Shown here: positions 25,598 to 39,351 of the stretch, piece by piece
Numbering within the stretch: position 1 is the first letter of the stretch
Layout: each line of letters begins with the position of its first letter
Source: Ostrea edulis
Taxonomy: Eukaryota
DNA length: 64,000 bases
Direction: 5' to 3'
Assembly: GCF_947568905.1 (NCBI RefSeq)
Contig: NC_079170.1
Coordinates: 83,638,001-83,702,000 of the forward strand
Notes under the pieces: model-generated
What the model was told of the DNA's origin: nothing
Database searches by the model: none
The model's input: only the letters and a program-made list of their open reading frames with translations
Position numbers and translations under genes: made by a program

Positions 25598-26017
25598 TGT
25601 AAAACTTATACGGTACCAATTTTGATGCACCAGATGCACATTTCGACAAATAATATCTCTTCAGTGATGCTTTACCGAAATGTTTGAAATACGAAATAAC
25701 AATGAAGTTTTAGAGCTAAATATAGCCAAAACCAGCGTGCCAAAAAAGTGGAGTCAAATTCGTCTAAGGATAAGAGCTATGCATGAGGGAGATAATCCTT
25801 AATTTTGAAATGAATTTCTAAATTTTATAACAGCAATTAAATATACATGTGTACATCCGTATTTTCAAGCTAGTAACGAAGTACTTAGCTACTGTAGAGA
25901 CCCCCGGAGACTAACAGTCCACCAGCTGAGGCCTCGACCCAGGGGTCATAATGTAAAACTTATACCGTACCAATTTTGATGCACTTGATGCGCATTTCGA
26001 CGAATAATGTCTCTTCA
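25598..26017 (-). ncRNA. Retrozyme copy, ~1.2 units
   Basis: Reverse-complement hammerhead at 25627-25670 and a truncated second one at 25981-26017. Confidence 0.78.
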
Positions 26018-26085
26018 TATATCATTAATAGATTGTAAACTTCTTACTGGTGTTTTTATTCCGATGTGTTGGCAATAGTTCAGGA

Positions 26086-26320
26086 ATTACCTTACGTGGG
26101 TCCCGTGGGAATCCGGGTTAGAATACGGCCTCGATACCCCTTATTTATCGTAAAAGGCGACTAAATGGGGCGGTCCTTTTGATAACACCACAAAAATCGA
26201 GGCTCCGTGTCACAGCAGGTGTGGTATAATAGAGATCCCACCCTTCTCAAATGCTGTAAGCGCCAAGCATAGGGCTTAATTTTGCAGCTCTTCAGCGCCA
26301 ATACCAAAGAGAGTAGTTTT
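26086..26320 (+). mobile_element. SINE fragment with a conserved central domain (Meta/Nin-like)
   Basis: CGTAAAAGGCGACTAAA...CCGTGTCACAGCAGGTGTGG...AGATCCC. Tails of the same family are at ~9340-9390, ~29760-29850 (minus) and ~39310-39350. Confidence 0.55.
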
Positions 26321-26543
26321 ATATACGCAGTAAAGTTAATTTTTACTTACTGGAATGATACTCATTCGTCTGACTTTGCGTAAATAAATTTTTGCCCATT
26401 AAACTAGCAAATTTTGTTGACGTTTAGACTTATGTCAACTTCACGTGTTTTGTGTTGTTATTTAAAGGCCTTATCGCTAAAACAAGATTGTTTTGAGGCG
26501 GCAACAATTACTGAATGAGATTGAAATTTGGTTTCAGTATTTG

Positions 26544-26628
26544 TTTCTTTGCCCCCGAATTCGAAAATAGGGGGTATATTGTTTTTGTCCTGTCTGTCAA
26601 ACTGTAAATCTGTAATTTTGTCATTCTG

Positions 26629-26665
<37 letters not shown>

Positions 26666-26671
26666 AAGTGA

Positions 26672-26707
<36 letters not shown>

Positions 26708-26715
26708 CAATTTTT

Positions 26716-26759
<44 letters not shown>

Positions 26760-27078
26760 ATTTTTGCGAGTAACTTTTGAACAGTAAGTGATAGAGCTAT
26801 ATTTCATATGAGTATTACTTCTGACAAGTACTTTCCGTTGGTACTAAACCTTTTGACCTTGGCATTTGACCTACTTTAAAAAAAATGACATTTGTCATAC
26901 CTTCTCAATGGTAAATATTAGAGCTTTCATATTGCACATGAGCATTTTGTGTGACAAGATATTTCTACTGGTACCATATTTGTCTTTGTGACTTTGGCCA
27001 TCTTCGGAATTGGCCATTATCGGGGGCATATTCAAGGTGAAGATAACGAACATATGTGTTTCACAATCACATCTTGTT
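26544..27078 (+). mobile_element. Helentron-like non-autonomous element, second family
   Basis: Sub-terminal inverted repeat GCCCCCG.../...CGGGGGC, (CTGT)n, internal TGACCT repeats, and a 3' hairpin ...TGTGTTTCACAATCACATCTTGTT. Confidence 0.6.
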
Positions 27079-27440
27079 TTTTCAGCTTTGTTCTTTTCCA
27101 GCAATTATTTTTTTTAATGCACACATATTTGATGAATTTATCATTTGAAGTTGTAATATATTGTTGCACGATTTGCGAACCGGAAGTGCATCTCTACATA
27201 CTGGAAACATGAACTGTCTACATGAGTAGTGTTTGTTTACATTGACTATGCAAGTATTTTATTTCTTATATACTGTATGCATGCTTGTATTGCTATCATG
27301 TACAGTCATGAACATTGTTGTTTGAGATTGATCGAACATGGAATAATTGACAAATGCATTTCTCTCTGATATCTAATATCATTTTGTGTACTTTGTATGT
27401 CTCGATAGGTACTTGCAGTGTAATTGCATACCATTGTACT

Positions 27441-29787
27441 ATGGAGTTCTCAGCAAAAGAGATTGAAAACATTGTCAATGCTTTTAAAGAAATGGATGTG
27501 AAACCAAATGTAGATTCACCGCAAAGTTTTATAGAGTGAATGTCAGATTATCATTGTTCTGTTTTGCCTATGCATATTTCTAAATTGTCATTGTTTTCAG
27601 GAAGCGGTGCGACTTCATTTCAGCTCTGGCATTATGAAGTTCGTTGTCTACTACAGGATGAATACTCTACAGATGCAAGGTGAAGATAACAAACAGTGAT
27701 CAATCTCATAACTCCTATAAGGAATACAAAATAGATAGTTGGGTAAACACGGACCCCTGGACACACCAGAGGTGGGATCAGGTGCCTAGGAGTAAGCATC
27801 CCATGTTGATATGATACTTTAAGCTATTCGACAGTCCCTTAAAGGAGAAATGAGCAGGATTGTGATGAATTTAGGTGTTGAAGCAACGCTAACTGATATT
27901 CTCACTAGATTAGACAGTGTTTATGGACTTGTCGACAGAGCAGAGGCTATTCTTGCGGAATTTTATTCAGCACGACAGAAACCTACTGAAGACGTATCAT
28001 CATGGAGTTGCAGATTAGAGAACATTTTGTGCAAAGTGTGACAAATTAAGAGTCATTCTCTGTAACCACTTAAACATTTATATAAGGGGTCCGGCACGCA
28101 CTGTCACCGATTTTTTTCAAATTTGGCACATCGACTTAATCTGGCATAAGTAATGTAAAACCATCATAATTTGGTTGCTATGCAACTCTGTTGCCATGGT
28201 AACACGTGCATGCCATTCAGGTCACAAAAGAGTCAATTTTCGCATGAAAAATGACATTTTTCATTCAACTATACTGGATTAACCTGTTTGAGTTCTTATT
28301 TAATCATTATCAAATGATACTATATAGCATTTTTATTATTTAGTTTGATATTTAGTTAAAGGTTTGAATAATTCTGTTATATTTTCATTCTGTCTGGAAA
28401 AGATGGTTGTTTGATACATTCTGAAAAAGTTAATTTAGAGGCAAATTTGAATGATGGATAAAAATTTCCGCATTCAGTTTGAAATCTATAAATGCTTGTA
28501 CATGATACATTAGATATAGTACTATCATATAACATTGAGACATGTTTGGGAATCTACCATCTAAGCTGTGTTTCCATGGAAACAAAATGATGCATTTCGT
28601 CATGATATGACAGTAGAGATACATTTTTCAATGTAATTCAAAATACAATTTTCTATGTATTCAAAGTATATAATCTTAAAAACCGATTGCTACTGATGTT
28701 AGATTTTAAATTTTAACAAATGTAATATGAGAATTCATGTTGGTTGCCATGGAAACGAAAATTGCTATTTCTTTCCAAATTCGAAATCCATGCAAAATAA
28801 ATAAATTTTTAGACCAAAAAAAAACTGCTTTTATAGACAGATTCAACTGAAGTCAATGTTATAGTTGATAAAATATTGATACTGATAGATAATTCATATT
28901 ACATTGTTGCTATGGTAACTAAATATCATAAAACAGCAAATTTGATGTTCACATTCCTTTCAAGTAAATCTCATTTTGTTATACATCATGCATGTTCTTC
29001 AATCATAAACACTCTTAATTTGTAACTAGCAGATAATTAAATCAATGCATAGTTTTTGTTTTTTTTTTAAATTATTTTTTTCTTCAAATGTGCATGATTT
29101 CTATTTGTGTATTGTACATGTATCACAAATTACAAATGTATATCTTAAGAATTCATCAAGATAACTACCATATCTAGAAAATGCATATTTGAATATTTCA
29201 GTTATTTCAAACTATCATGTACATTTTTTCACCTTGCCAATCGAATTAAGTGTGACATTGAAATTGAATCATTGATCTTAAAAATTGTTCAAGTTAAATA
29301 AACTAAATAAGATACATAGAGATTGTAATTTATCATTGATTCATGAGGAATTACCCCCCCCCCCTCCCCTATCTGCAGTTCAATATTAGCTTTGCTTACT
29401 ATGCATGTGCAAGAAATGTTATGTCAGTACCATGTATGAAATCTATTAAACTATCATTTTTTAATACATGACTTGACAATATACAGTTACTTATGATGAA
29501 GTATTTTGACCTTGACTCTTGACCTTGGCATTTGATTAAAAACAATTGAGGGCCTCTATTTTCTAGAGTATGGACGTTCATCATGGTCACTCGTTTAACG
29601 TATCTTTTTAAACATAGGTATGTGAATTATATTTCAACATCATAAGAAGACCTTGCTTGTAACTGTAACATACCAATGATGTTCATATTGAAGTCATTTA
29701 GTATGCTGGGAAAGTCAATATCTTTAATATCTGACATCGTTGGAACCCACGGGTTGATTCATTGATTATCATTTAACGTACCACCGA

Positions 29788-29821
<34 letters not shown>

Positions 29822-32800
29822 TCCGTGAGTGGCTTAATTACGGCCTTTGAGCAGTGGGTTCCGATGATGAATATTTCATAATCGTATCCTATTATAAATG
29901 GTATACCTTTATTTTAGGATCATATATTACAAAATAGACAAGATAAGCACACACAATCTTTTTCATTTTCTAATTTTGCGCATATATAGTCATCATGGCT
30001 AATTGTCTTCTCAATGGCATAGAGGCAATTAAATATAATGTGATCTGCTGTCCTGATAGAAATTCTTTCCGATTAAATGAACCACAACCTATCATATCCT
30101 TTGAGGCAACATAAGCATCGAACATACACTGATGCTTCCGACTTGGCCCCCACCAAAATGACAATATGACACTTCCTACAAAATCAATAAATAATATTGA
30201 TTTTAAGAGAATTACCAAGATGAATATATGCAAGCATATCAAAATCTTATGTCCCATCTAAAATGTATTACTTGTTCTCCCCATGTCATCTACATCTACT
30301 ACTACATGTAGCTGTAATATGTATTCCTTAAATTATATGTTTGAATGAAATCTTATTCAAACCCTTTTCTTACGGTAGGCAATAACTTACTTAAATACAT
30401 GTATTCTTATCTAGATTTAGTTTCATCTAAACTCTAAGGTGATTATATGACCTCAATTAATCAACACATGGGTTAATTATAATATTCAAAACAGTGAGAA
30501 TTGTTTTGCGGTATTTTATCACTTGATGACTTATGCGACGTTTCTCAATAATATATATAATTTCACGAATATGCACTCTATCTCGTTTCTACAAAAAAAA
30601 AATCTTGGGGTACGTCGTATTACCATGTCTGTTTTAGAGATAGCATACTAGTACTCAGTATTTTGATAGTTTCTAATATTGTTGCAATCAAAAGTTATGT
30701 ATTACATCAGGTTGTATATATAAGGACAGTACAAATATATTTTAGCAAAGAATGGATCAAATCTAGGACCCCTGCATTACAAGATAGGTTATCTAATCGC
30801 TAAGCTACCCAGGCCGGTAAAATTTGAATTTATTTCCGAAATCATACGATAGCTTTTTATATCAAGAAGATGGGAAAAAAATCAATGTCAGAAATGTTGC
30901 TTGTATGTCCTTAATAAATGCTTTTGTTTTGCTAGTGGCATGTGTAAAATGAAAACAAAATCAACCTGAACAAAAAAGAAAAAAAAAAACAGAGTAAATT
31001 CCCATGTATAACATGCATAGTCTAAGGTGTATCAGTATTGGTATTTCTACAATATTTAAATTCTGTTTAATTAATTGAATTTATTCATAGAATTTATAAT
31101 TTTTTAAAGTATCATCAAAAGTAAATAATAATTAATACGTGGATGTCTAATAATACTGAATAGTGTCCCCACCTCAATTCACTTCTCAGTTGAGTATCTG
31201 TACATGTATACGATTGTGCATTTATTATCTCAATTCCATCCTAGTCATACGATCCCTAACGGAATAAAGTGTGCTGCATTAGGCCTAAGTAGATCTAAGT
31301 ACTGTAATGTGTGACGCCACAGTCTACATTTTGACGTCATATCAATACAACTGAAGCAGTGGCGAGTTGAAGGGTGAATATTTAGCACGCACGCACATCA
31401 TATGTGCCATGCTATTGGCAGATCTAGAGAAATCCATAATTGTACACAATGTCTATGAAAACTTTTGACATCAAATGATTGTGATCAAGTTGATTAATTC
31501 TAGGTGTGTGAATGGAGTTCAAAGTAAATAGAATAATTACCTGTATTACTAGAACGCTGGTACTCGGAGATATGTCTCTCACACCTTTTTTCGTGTGGGT
31601 GAGTGGAGAGAATATTTTGAATGCCACATGTCTTCGTCTAAACTTCTGTCAGCATGCAGTAAGTCATTATCCCGCCATATTATATGTGTTTCTATGTAAT
31701 TTCCCTGCCTTATCACGTTGAAGAGTTTCAAAGGGGAATAACTCTTGCTTACAGAATGCATTTCCCCCCATAAATCATTCACTTCAAATTGTATGAAATA
31801 GGCAGATTCCCAAAAGTTTTAGTTTAGATTTATGAAGAACATAGATTAGTTGTTTTAAAAACTTGTGTCACTTTACTTGAGGTGGATGCGAATAAAAGAT
31901 ATTAAGACATAACAAACATTGAATTTAAACACAATTTTACAGATTTCTTCAATTATAAAAATCACTTAGGATTGTCCATTATTCATTTTTTTTCTTAAAT
32001 GACAAATATGGGATCTGTTTTATAATTTAATATGAAAATTAGAATTTTAAGACTATTCATAATCTTTTATATTCAAATTTTGTGCCAAAACTACCAAATT
32101 CTAGAAAATGGCCAAACTTGATAAAATTGTACCTGTTTCCATAGCAACCATGATCACTATTTAATTTTTAAATATGTTTTCTTGAATATGTTATATAGAT
32201 GTTTCATTCAGGTGAGTTTCGTGAAAATCGGTGACTATGCGTGCCGAATTTTTTTAAGTGGTTACAGAGAATGGCTCTTAAAGACATTGACTCTAGTGAA
32301 AAGGATTCCATGCTACACAACATGTTGTGAATTGGACTTGAACCTTCTTCACTAAAGAACATCAGTAGATACCTGTTTGATAGACTTGCTCAAGTATCTT
32401 TGTTTAATAATCAGTGCTCTCTTTAATACTTTTGTTCCACAGAGTGATTATAATTCGAAAGTTCCAGTTCTTATCGGAACCAATCTACTAGGTATCATTA
32501 TAGAAACCACAAAGGATATGTGTGGATACTAGTTCCTACAGAAAGCAGACATGCATACTCCATGGTACCTATCCATGAGATGTTAGTGATGCGTGAAAGA
32601 AAACTTTCCAAGAATAGGAACATACTGACTTTCATCAAATCAGCAGAGAATAGGAAAATTGCCATACCTGCAAATAGTGAAGTTGTGATCAATGGTTACT
32701 TTGACAAGAAAGTTCTGTATGAACCAGTATGTGCAATTGTACAACCAACATCTTCATCGTTCATTCCAGATGACTTGGATCTTTTGCCTACTTTGGTGAC

Positions 32801-35783
32801 ATATGATTGCCAAACGACTGAATTAGTTCCCATTCACATCAAGAACATATCAGCTAGAATAGTTACAGTTCCACCGAAAGCATTGTTGTGTGAACTTCAG
32901 TCCGTCACAGTAGAAAGTCACAGGAGTTCAAAGGAACATAAACCTCTGGATACTGACATTATGGAGAAGATCAAATTAGATGATAGCAACTTGAATGCAA
33001 CAGAATTCCAAAAAGGACTCCAGTTAATCAGAGCCTTTTACGACATCTTCTCGAAAAATTATGAGGATATTGGACTCACTGCTCGGGTGAAACATCGGAT
33101 TGAACTTACCAATCCTGTGCCATTTAAACAGCGACACAGAAAGATTTCATGATTAACGAAGTGAGGAACCATATCCAGCAATTGCTTACTAGTGGTGTGA
33201 TCAGACGTTCAAAGTCGCCATGGGCCAGTGACGTGGTGTTAGTGAGGAAGAAGAATGGTCAGCTCAGGCTGGGTATCGACTATCGACAATTGAATCAGAG
33301 GACAGTGAAGGATGCGTATGCTCCTCCGAGCATTTATGACATCTTAGACTCCCTGCATGGCAATCGTTATTTCACGGTTCTTGATATGAAGAGTGGATAT
33401 CATCAGATTGAGATAGAAGAGAATCACAAGGAGAGCACTGCCTTCACTGTAGGATCACTCGGATTTTTTTTTAGCATGAGTGAATGCCATTTGGGTTAGC
33501 CAATGCCCCTGCCACCTATCAACGACTGATAGAAGACATTTTTGCAGATCTTAACCTTACCATATGCATCATCTACCTGGACGACATCATTGTATTTTCA
33601 AGGACATTCGAGGATCATCTGGAAAGACTGGAAAGAGTTTTACAGGGAATACAGAATTTGGGATTGAAACTGTCTCCATCCAAGTGCCAATTTTTCCAGA
33701 CTAAGGTTAAGTACGTTGGACACATTATTTCCGCTGAGGTAAAAGAACCAGATCCAGAGAAAGTGGATAACGTGAAGTCCTGGCCAACACCAAGAACACC
33801 TGGAGAGGTCCGGAAATTCCTAGGATTCATTGGGTACTACCGGAAATTCATAAGAAATTTCTCCAAACCACTGACAGATTTAACACCCAGTCCACAGTCG
33901 TCAAAGAAGAAAGGGAAACAACATTCTTTTGTCAACTGGAGATGTGGTAGAAAACAACAAGAGGCCTTTGATTTTCTACGAGAGCACTTGATATCACCAC
34001 CTATACTTGGATACCCAGACATGTCAACTCCATACCGATGCTAGTTCCAAAGGACTTGGAGACATTCTTTACCAAGAACAGGCTGGGATGAAGCGAGTCA
34101 TTGGATATGCTAGCAGAGAATTTACACCAGCAGAGAGAAATTATTCTGCCCATAAGCTTGAATTTTTACCTTTGAAATGGCCCATCACTGAGAAATTTAT
34201 TTATATGGATCAAAGTTTACTGCCATTACAGACAACAACCCATTGACCTACATTTTTTCCAATGCCAAATTAGACGCAACAGGCCATATATGGGTTGCAG
34301 CATTATCTGCCTATGATTTTGACATCAAATACAGACCAGGCAAGAACAATGCAGCAGCAGATGCACTATCCAGATTGGAAGAACCAAACAGTGCAGAGAT
34401 GGTCACTATTTCATTAGATTCAATTTGCACCATCAAAAAGTCCCAAGCAACACCTTGTATAGAAACTATTTCCTTCTCAGAACAACCACTGGCTCAGTTA
34501 CAAGATCCTCATGGAATCATGAAGATTGACATCGGGAAAGCGCAGGAAGATGATCCTGAACTATTGCCTTGGATATATAGCATTGATGATGGATACAGGC
34601 CAAAGAAGAGCGAGCTATCTGGATCTTTTGCAGATCAACAACATTCTGTACAGGGAAGTGAAGGTGGATGAGAAGACAGTCAATCAACTTGTACCTTCAG
34701 GTTTAGTAGGTCATGTATTGGGATCTTTACACAACAACATGGGACATCCTGGAAGAGAGAAAACGTTAGGTTTACTTCGGGATAGATTTTTCTGGCCTGG
34801 ACAGTACAAAGATGTTGAGAATTGGATTAGAGAATGTAGGAGATGTATTCTTAGGAAAACACCAGCACAAGACAAAGCAGAACTTAACAAAATCATAACC
34901 ACCCAACCTCTTGAATTGGTCTGCATGGATTTTCTATGTCTAGAGAAAAGTAAGGGAGGATATGAAAATGTACTCGTCATAACCGATCATTTTACGTCTT
35001 GCCATTGCTGTACCAACTAGAAACACAGCAGCTAAGACAAAAGCAGAAGCATTTTTCAACAATTTTATCGTACACTATGGACTTCCTAAAGGTATTAATT
35101 CTGATCAAGGCGCAGATTTTGAGAGCAGACTTATTAAGGAATGATGTGAACTTTTTGACATTTCAAAATCAAGAACTACACCATATCATCCAATGGGAAA
35201 TGGACTTTGCGAATGTTTCAGCAGGACTTTGATAAACATGTTAGGATCTTTAGAGCAATCAAGAAAAACAGACTGGAAATCTTACATAGTCCCCATTGTA
35301 GATGCATACAACTGCATGAAACAAGAAACCACCAAATTTTCACCCTATCACCTTATGTTCAGACGGGAACCTAACTTACCAATAGACATAGAATGCGGAT
35401 TAGATAGACAGAATGAAAGATCAAAATCTCTTACCAAGTATATAGACAACCTAAAGGATCGACTGAGGAAATCCTACCAGAGGCTACACATAAATCACAG
35501 GAACGACAAAGAGATAATTATGATCTCAAGTCTAGAGCAGTTGTGGTAGAAGCAGGCGACGGAGTACTAGTCAAAGTGGTAGCTTTTGACGGACGTCAAA
35601 AATTGTCTGAGAAGTGGGAAGAAGACCCATACATAGTGATTGGTCAGTCCAATCAAGACATCCCTGTTTACAAGGTACAGAAGGAGGATGGTGTTGGAAT
35701 AGTAAGGATTCTGCACAGAAACTTACTACTACCAATTGGATATCTTTTAGAATTACAACCAAAGATGGACGCAACACCAGAGT
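27441..35783 (+). pseudogene. Decayed Ty3/Gypsy LTR retrotransposon, gag (PNMA-like) and pol (RT, RNase H, integrase)
   Basis: gag lies at 27441-28045 and resumes at 32282. Pol motifs: SPWAS.VVLVRKKNG, LDMKSGYHQI, MPFGLANAPATYQR, YLDDIIVF, DASSKGLG, GHPGREKT, ELVCMDF. There are many frameshifts and stops, and the protease region appears deleted. LTRs were not identified. Confidence 0.9.
28050..32277. mobile_element. Non-autonomous DNA transposon with TIRs and TTAA target duplication (Kolobok-like)
   Basis: TTAA|GAGTCATTCTCTGTAACCACTTAAA ... TTTAAGTGGTTACAGAGAATGGCTC|TTAA. The purine-purine 5' terminus fits Kolobok better than piggyBac (CC). The Gypsy gag continues on both sides. Confidence 0.75.
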
Positions 35784-36436
35784 ATGCAAGGTGAAGATAA
35801 CGAACAGTGATCAATCTCATAACTCCTACAAGCAATACAAAATAGATAGTTGGGCAAACACGGACCCCTGGACACACCAGAGGTGGGATCAGGTGCCTAG
35901 GAGGAGTAAGCATCCCCTGTTGACCGGTCACACCCGCCGTGAGCCCCATATCCTGATCAGATAAACGGAGTTATCCGCAGTCAAAATCAGTGTGCCAAGA
36001 ACGGCTTAACAATCGGTATAAAACACGTCAGACAGCATTTGACCCAATGCGAGGTCGTATTGACGAACTAGATCGTTATAACGACCATAGAATTTGTGAA
36101 ATGCTGACTTCAATCGAGACTGTTGAAATCCCTTACCATCAACTTGTTTGTCAGTAGCTTACCTCGATTTAAAAACTGACTATACCCAGAACAAGCTCTT
36201 GCATATCGAATTAGTTGAGATATATAAACACCATATGCAGGTGATAATGGAATATTGCTACATAAATGTGGGAAGTTGACGATGGAGAAGCTGAAATCAT
36301 CCCGTTTGTCATACAGTTGAGTTGTCAGTTTCCCGTTAATGTCTACTTTCAATAAAATATCTAAGTATGAAGCAGAAGTGGACGACTCTGTGGTGTCCTT
36401 TATTTCGAGCTCACAGGGATATATCAAATCGACATA
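35784..36436 (-). mobile_element. Naiad-like PLE 3' fragment inserted at the end of the Gypsy pol
   Basis: ORF 36110-36427 (IYPCELEIKDTTES...QLYDKRDDFSFSIVNFP...YGVYISQLIRYARAC) and the same terminus. Confidence 0.85.
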
Positions 36437-36599
36437 TTATATGATACCATATTTTAATAAACATGAATAATGTATATGGAATTAAAAGCACATTTTATGA
36501 TTGAAGTCAAATTACCAGATCCACTCCTTCGTTTACTTAGTGTGATAGGTGAGCGAAAAGGTTCACAGGTCTTGCTATTTCATTGGCTGTAGAACTGAG

Positions 36600-38583
36600 T
36601 TTTTAGATCACCTGAGCTAAAAGCTCAAGTGGGCTTTTCTGATCACCCGTATTCCGGCGTCCATCCGTCTGTCCGTCTATAAACTTTTAACATTTTTGAC
36701 TTCTTCTCAAACACCACTGGCCCAATTTCAACCAAAAATGGAACAAAGCATTCGTAAGTAAAATGAATTCTAAATTGTTATGCCCAGGCCACCTTTCGAG
36801 GGGAGATAATCAAGAAAAGGTATAAATAGAGTAGGGTCATTAAAAAATCTTCTTCTCCAGAACCACGGGGCCAGAAAAGGTGAAAATTAAAAAGCTTTAT
36901 TAGGAAGTGCAAATTCTAAATTGTTAAAATTCTGACCCCCGGGGATCGGATGGGGCCACAATAGGGGATCAAAGTTTTACAAACAAATATGTAGGAAAAA
37001 TGTTTAAAAATCTTCTTCTCAAGAACCACTGAGGCAGAAAAGCTGAGATTTATATAAAAGCTTCCTGATATAGTGCAGATTCTAAATTGTTAAGATCCCC
37101 CCCCGGGGGGGGGGGGGGGGGGTCGGATGGGGCCACAATAGGGGATCAAAGTTTTACATACAAATATATAGGAAAAATCTTTAAAAATCTTCTTCTCAAA
37201 AACCACTGAGCCAGAAAAGCTGAGATTTATATGGAAGCTTTCTGATATAGTGCAGATTCTAAATTATTCAAATCCTGGTTCCCGGGGGTCGGATGGGGCC
37301 ACAATAGGGGATCAAAGTTTTACATACAAATATATAGGAAAAATCTTTAAAAATCTTCTTCTCAAAAACCACTGAGCCAGAAAAGCTGAGATTTATATGG
37401 AAGCTTTCTGATATAGTGCAGATTCTAAATTATTCAAATCCTGGTTCCCGGGGGTCGGATGGGGTCACAATAGGGGATCAAAATTTTACATACAAATATA
37501 TAGGAAAAATCTTTAAAAATCTTCTTCTCAAAAACCAGAGCCAGAAAAGCTGAGATTTATATAAAAGCTTAAAGCTGAGATTTATATAAAAGCTTTCTGA
37601 TATAATGCAGATTCTAAATTGTTCAAATCCAGGCCCCCGGGGGATCGGATGGGGCCATAATAGAGGATCAAAGTTTTACATACAAATATATAGGAAAAAT
37701 CTTTAAAAATCTTCTTCTCAAGAACCACTGAGCCAGAAAAGCTGAGATTTATATGGAAGCTTCCTGATATAGTGCAGATTCTAAATTGTCAAAATCCTAG
37801 TCCCTGGGGGTTGGATGGGGCTACAATAGGGAATCAAAGTTTTACATACAAATACATAGGGAAAGTCTTTAAAAATCTTCTTTTCAAGAACCACTGAGCC
37901 AGAAAAGCTGATATATACCTGAAAGCTTTCTGACATAATCCAGATTCAAGTTCGTTAAAATCCAGGCCCCCGGGGGTCGCATAGGGTCACAATAGGGGAT
38001 CAAAATTTTACATACAAATATATAGGGACAATCTTTAAAAATCTTCTTCTCAATAACCACTGAGCCAGAAAAGCTGATATTTACATGATAATTTCCTGAT
38101 ATAGTGCAAATTCAAGTTTGTTAAAATGATGGTCCCCGGGGGTAAGATGGGACCACAATAGGGGTTCAAAGTTTTACATACAAATATATAGAGAAATACT
38201 TTTAAAAATCTTCTTCCCAAGAACCACTGAGTCAGAAAAGCTATTTACATGAAAGCTTCCTAACATAGTGCAGAGTTAAGTTTGTTCAAATCATGGTCCC
38301 CTGTGGTAGGATGGGGCCACAATATGGGGATTAAAGTTTTACATACAAATATATAGGGGAAAATGTTTAAAAATCTTCTTCTCAAGAACCATTGGGCCAA
38401 AGAAGTTCACATTTACATGAAAGCTTTCTGACATAGTGTATATTCAAGTTTGCAAAATCCATGGCCTCCAGGGGTAGGTTGGGGCCATAATAGGGACTAC
38501 GGTTTTACATGTAAATATATATGGAAAAATCTTCTGATATGGACCGAGGTGACTCAGGCGAGCGATGTGGCCCTAGGCCTCTT
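36600..38583 (+). mobile_element. Helentron-like non-autonomous element carrying ~10 copies of a 166-bp satellite (Cg170/HindIII type)
   Basis: 5' end TTTTAGATCACCTGAGC...CTCAAGTGGGCTTTTCTGATC followed by (GTCC)n-like sequence; 166-bp tandem units containing AAGCTT; 3' end ...GAGCGATGTGGCCCTAGGCCTCTT. Confidence 0.8.
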
Positions 38584-39351
38584 ACATTCAGTTAGAATTT
38601 CTCGAGACTTTGGTCAGGTTGGTTGTAGTTTTGAATTAAGCAGTTTTAGTATCATTGAGCTGATTTGGTATTTTGAATTTGACAAAGACATTATTAGACC
38701 TTCAAATCCAGACCTGACAGTAAGTACTAATTTTATTAACATTAATCTTCATATATGTATGTATAACTAATATCACTGTTTGAGAGAAGAGTGAAAGTTT
38801 GAATATTATGAAGAACAGTAAATACTAATTTAAAGTTATTTCATCTCAGTATATGCTTATATTATATCTATTAGGTATTATAGTGTATATAGTACTGTAA
38901 TGAAATATTTGTTATAAATAGATTAGAAGCATCCAGGCAGCATTTTGATGTATGCATGCATTGGGCCTTGTCCCATAAATATTACCTTTTGTTATATTTA
39001 AAACATGGAATTTCATAGTGTTACATTATTTGTAATGCAACTGTAAATATTTGAGTAAAGTATATTTTACTACATTTGAATTAAGGGAGATAACTCTTAA
39101 GGTTGAAATGTACTCTTTATTGATTGTAAATCACTGATATTCATTGTTACTATTTGTCTTTTAGGGCCATTTTGTAATGGACATTTTGTAATGGACATTG
39201 TAATCGTTATTGTCATCATTCCTTTTATCATGCAATAAATGACTGCATTATGTGAACCTTAAGCCAGGAGATGGTTATTTCTATCTTACAACCAACACCC
39301 CTGCAACATTCGTATGAGTGAAAAAATTCTAGATCGGAACTTTTAAAAATA

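Noticed and set aside
29970-30257. Exon-like GC-richer segment inside the TTAA transposon
   Set aside because: Plausible AG/GT sites exist, but no frame gave a recognisable domain and no partner exons were found.
30755-30820. tRNA genes (also 11968 and 57684)
   Set aside because: These have only degenerate A/B boxes without a full cloverleaf, so they are treated as SINE or TRIM parts.
38600-39310. Possible 3' LTR of the Gypsy element
   Set aside because: It has AATAAA and a ...CAACA end, but I could not match it to a 5' copy upstream of gag, and no clear PPT/TG start was found.
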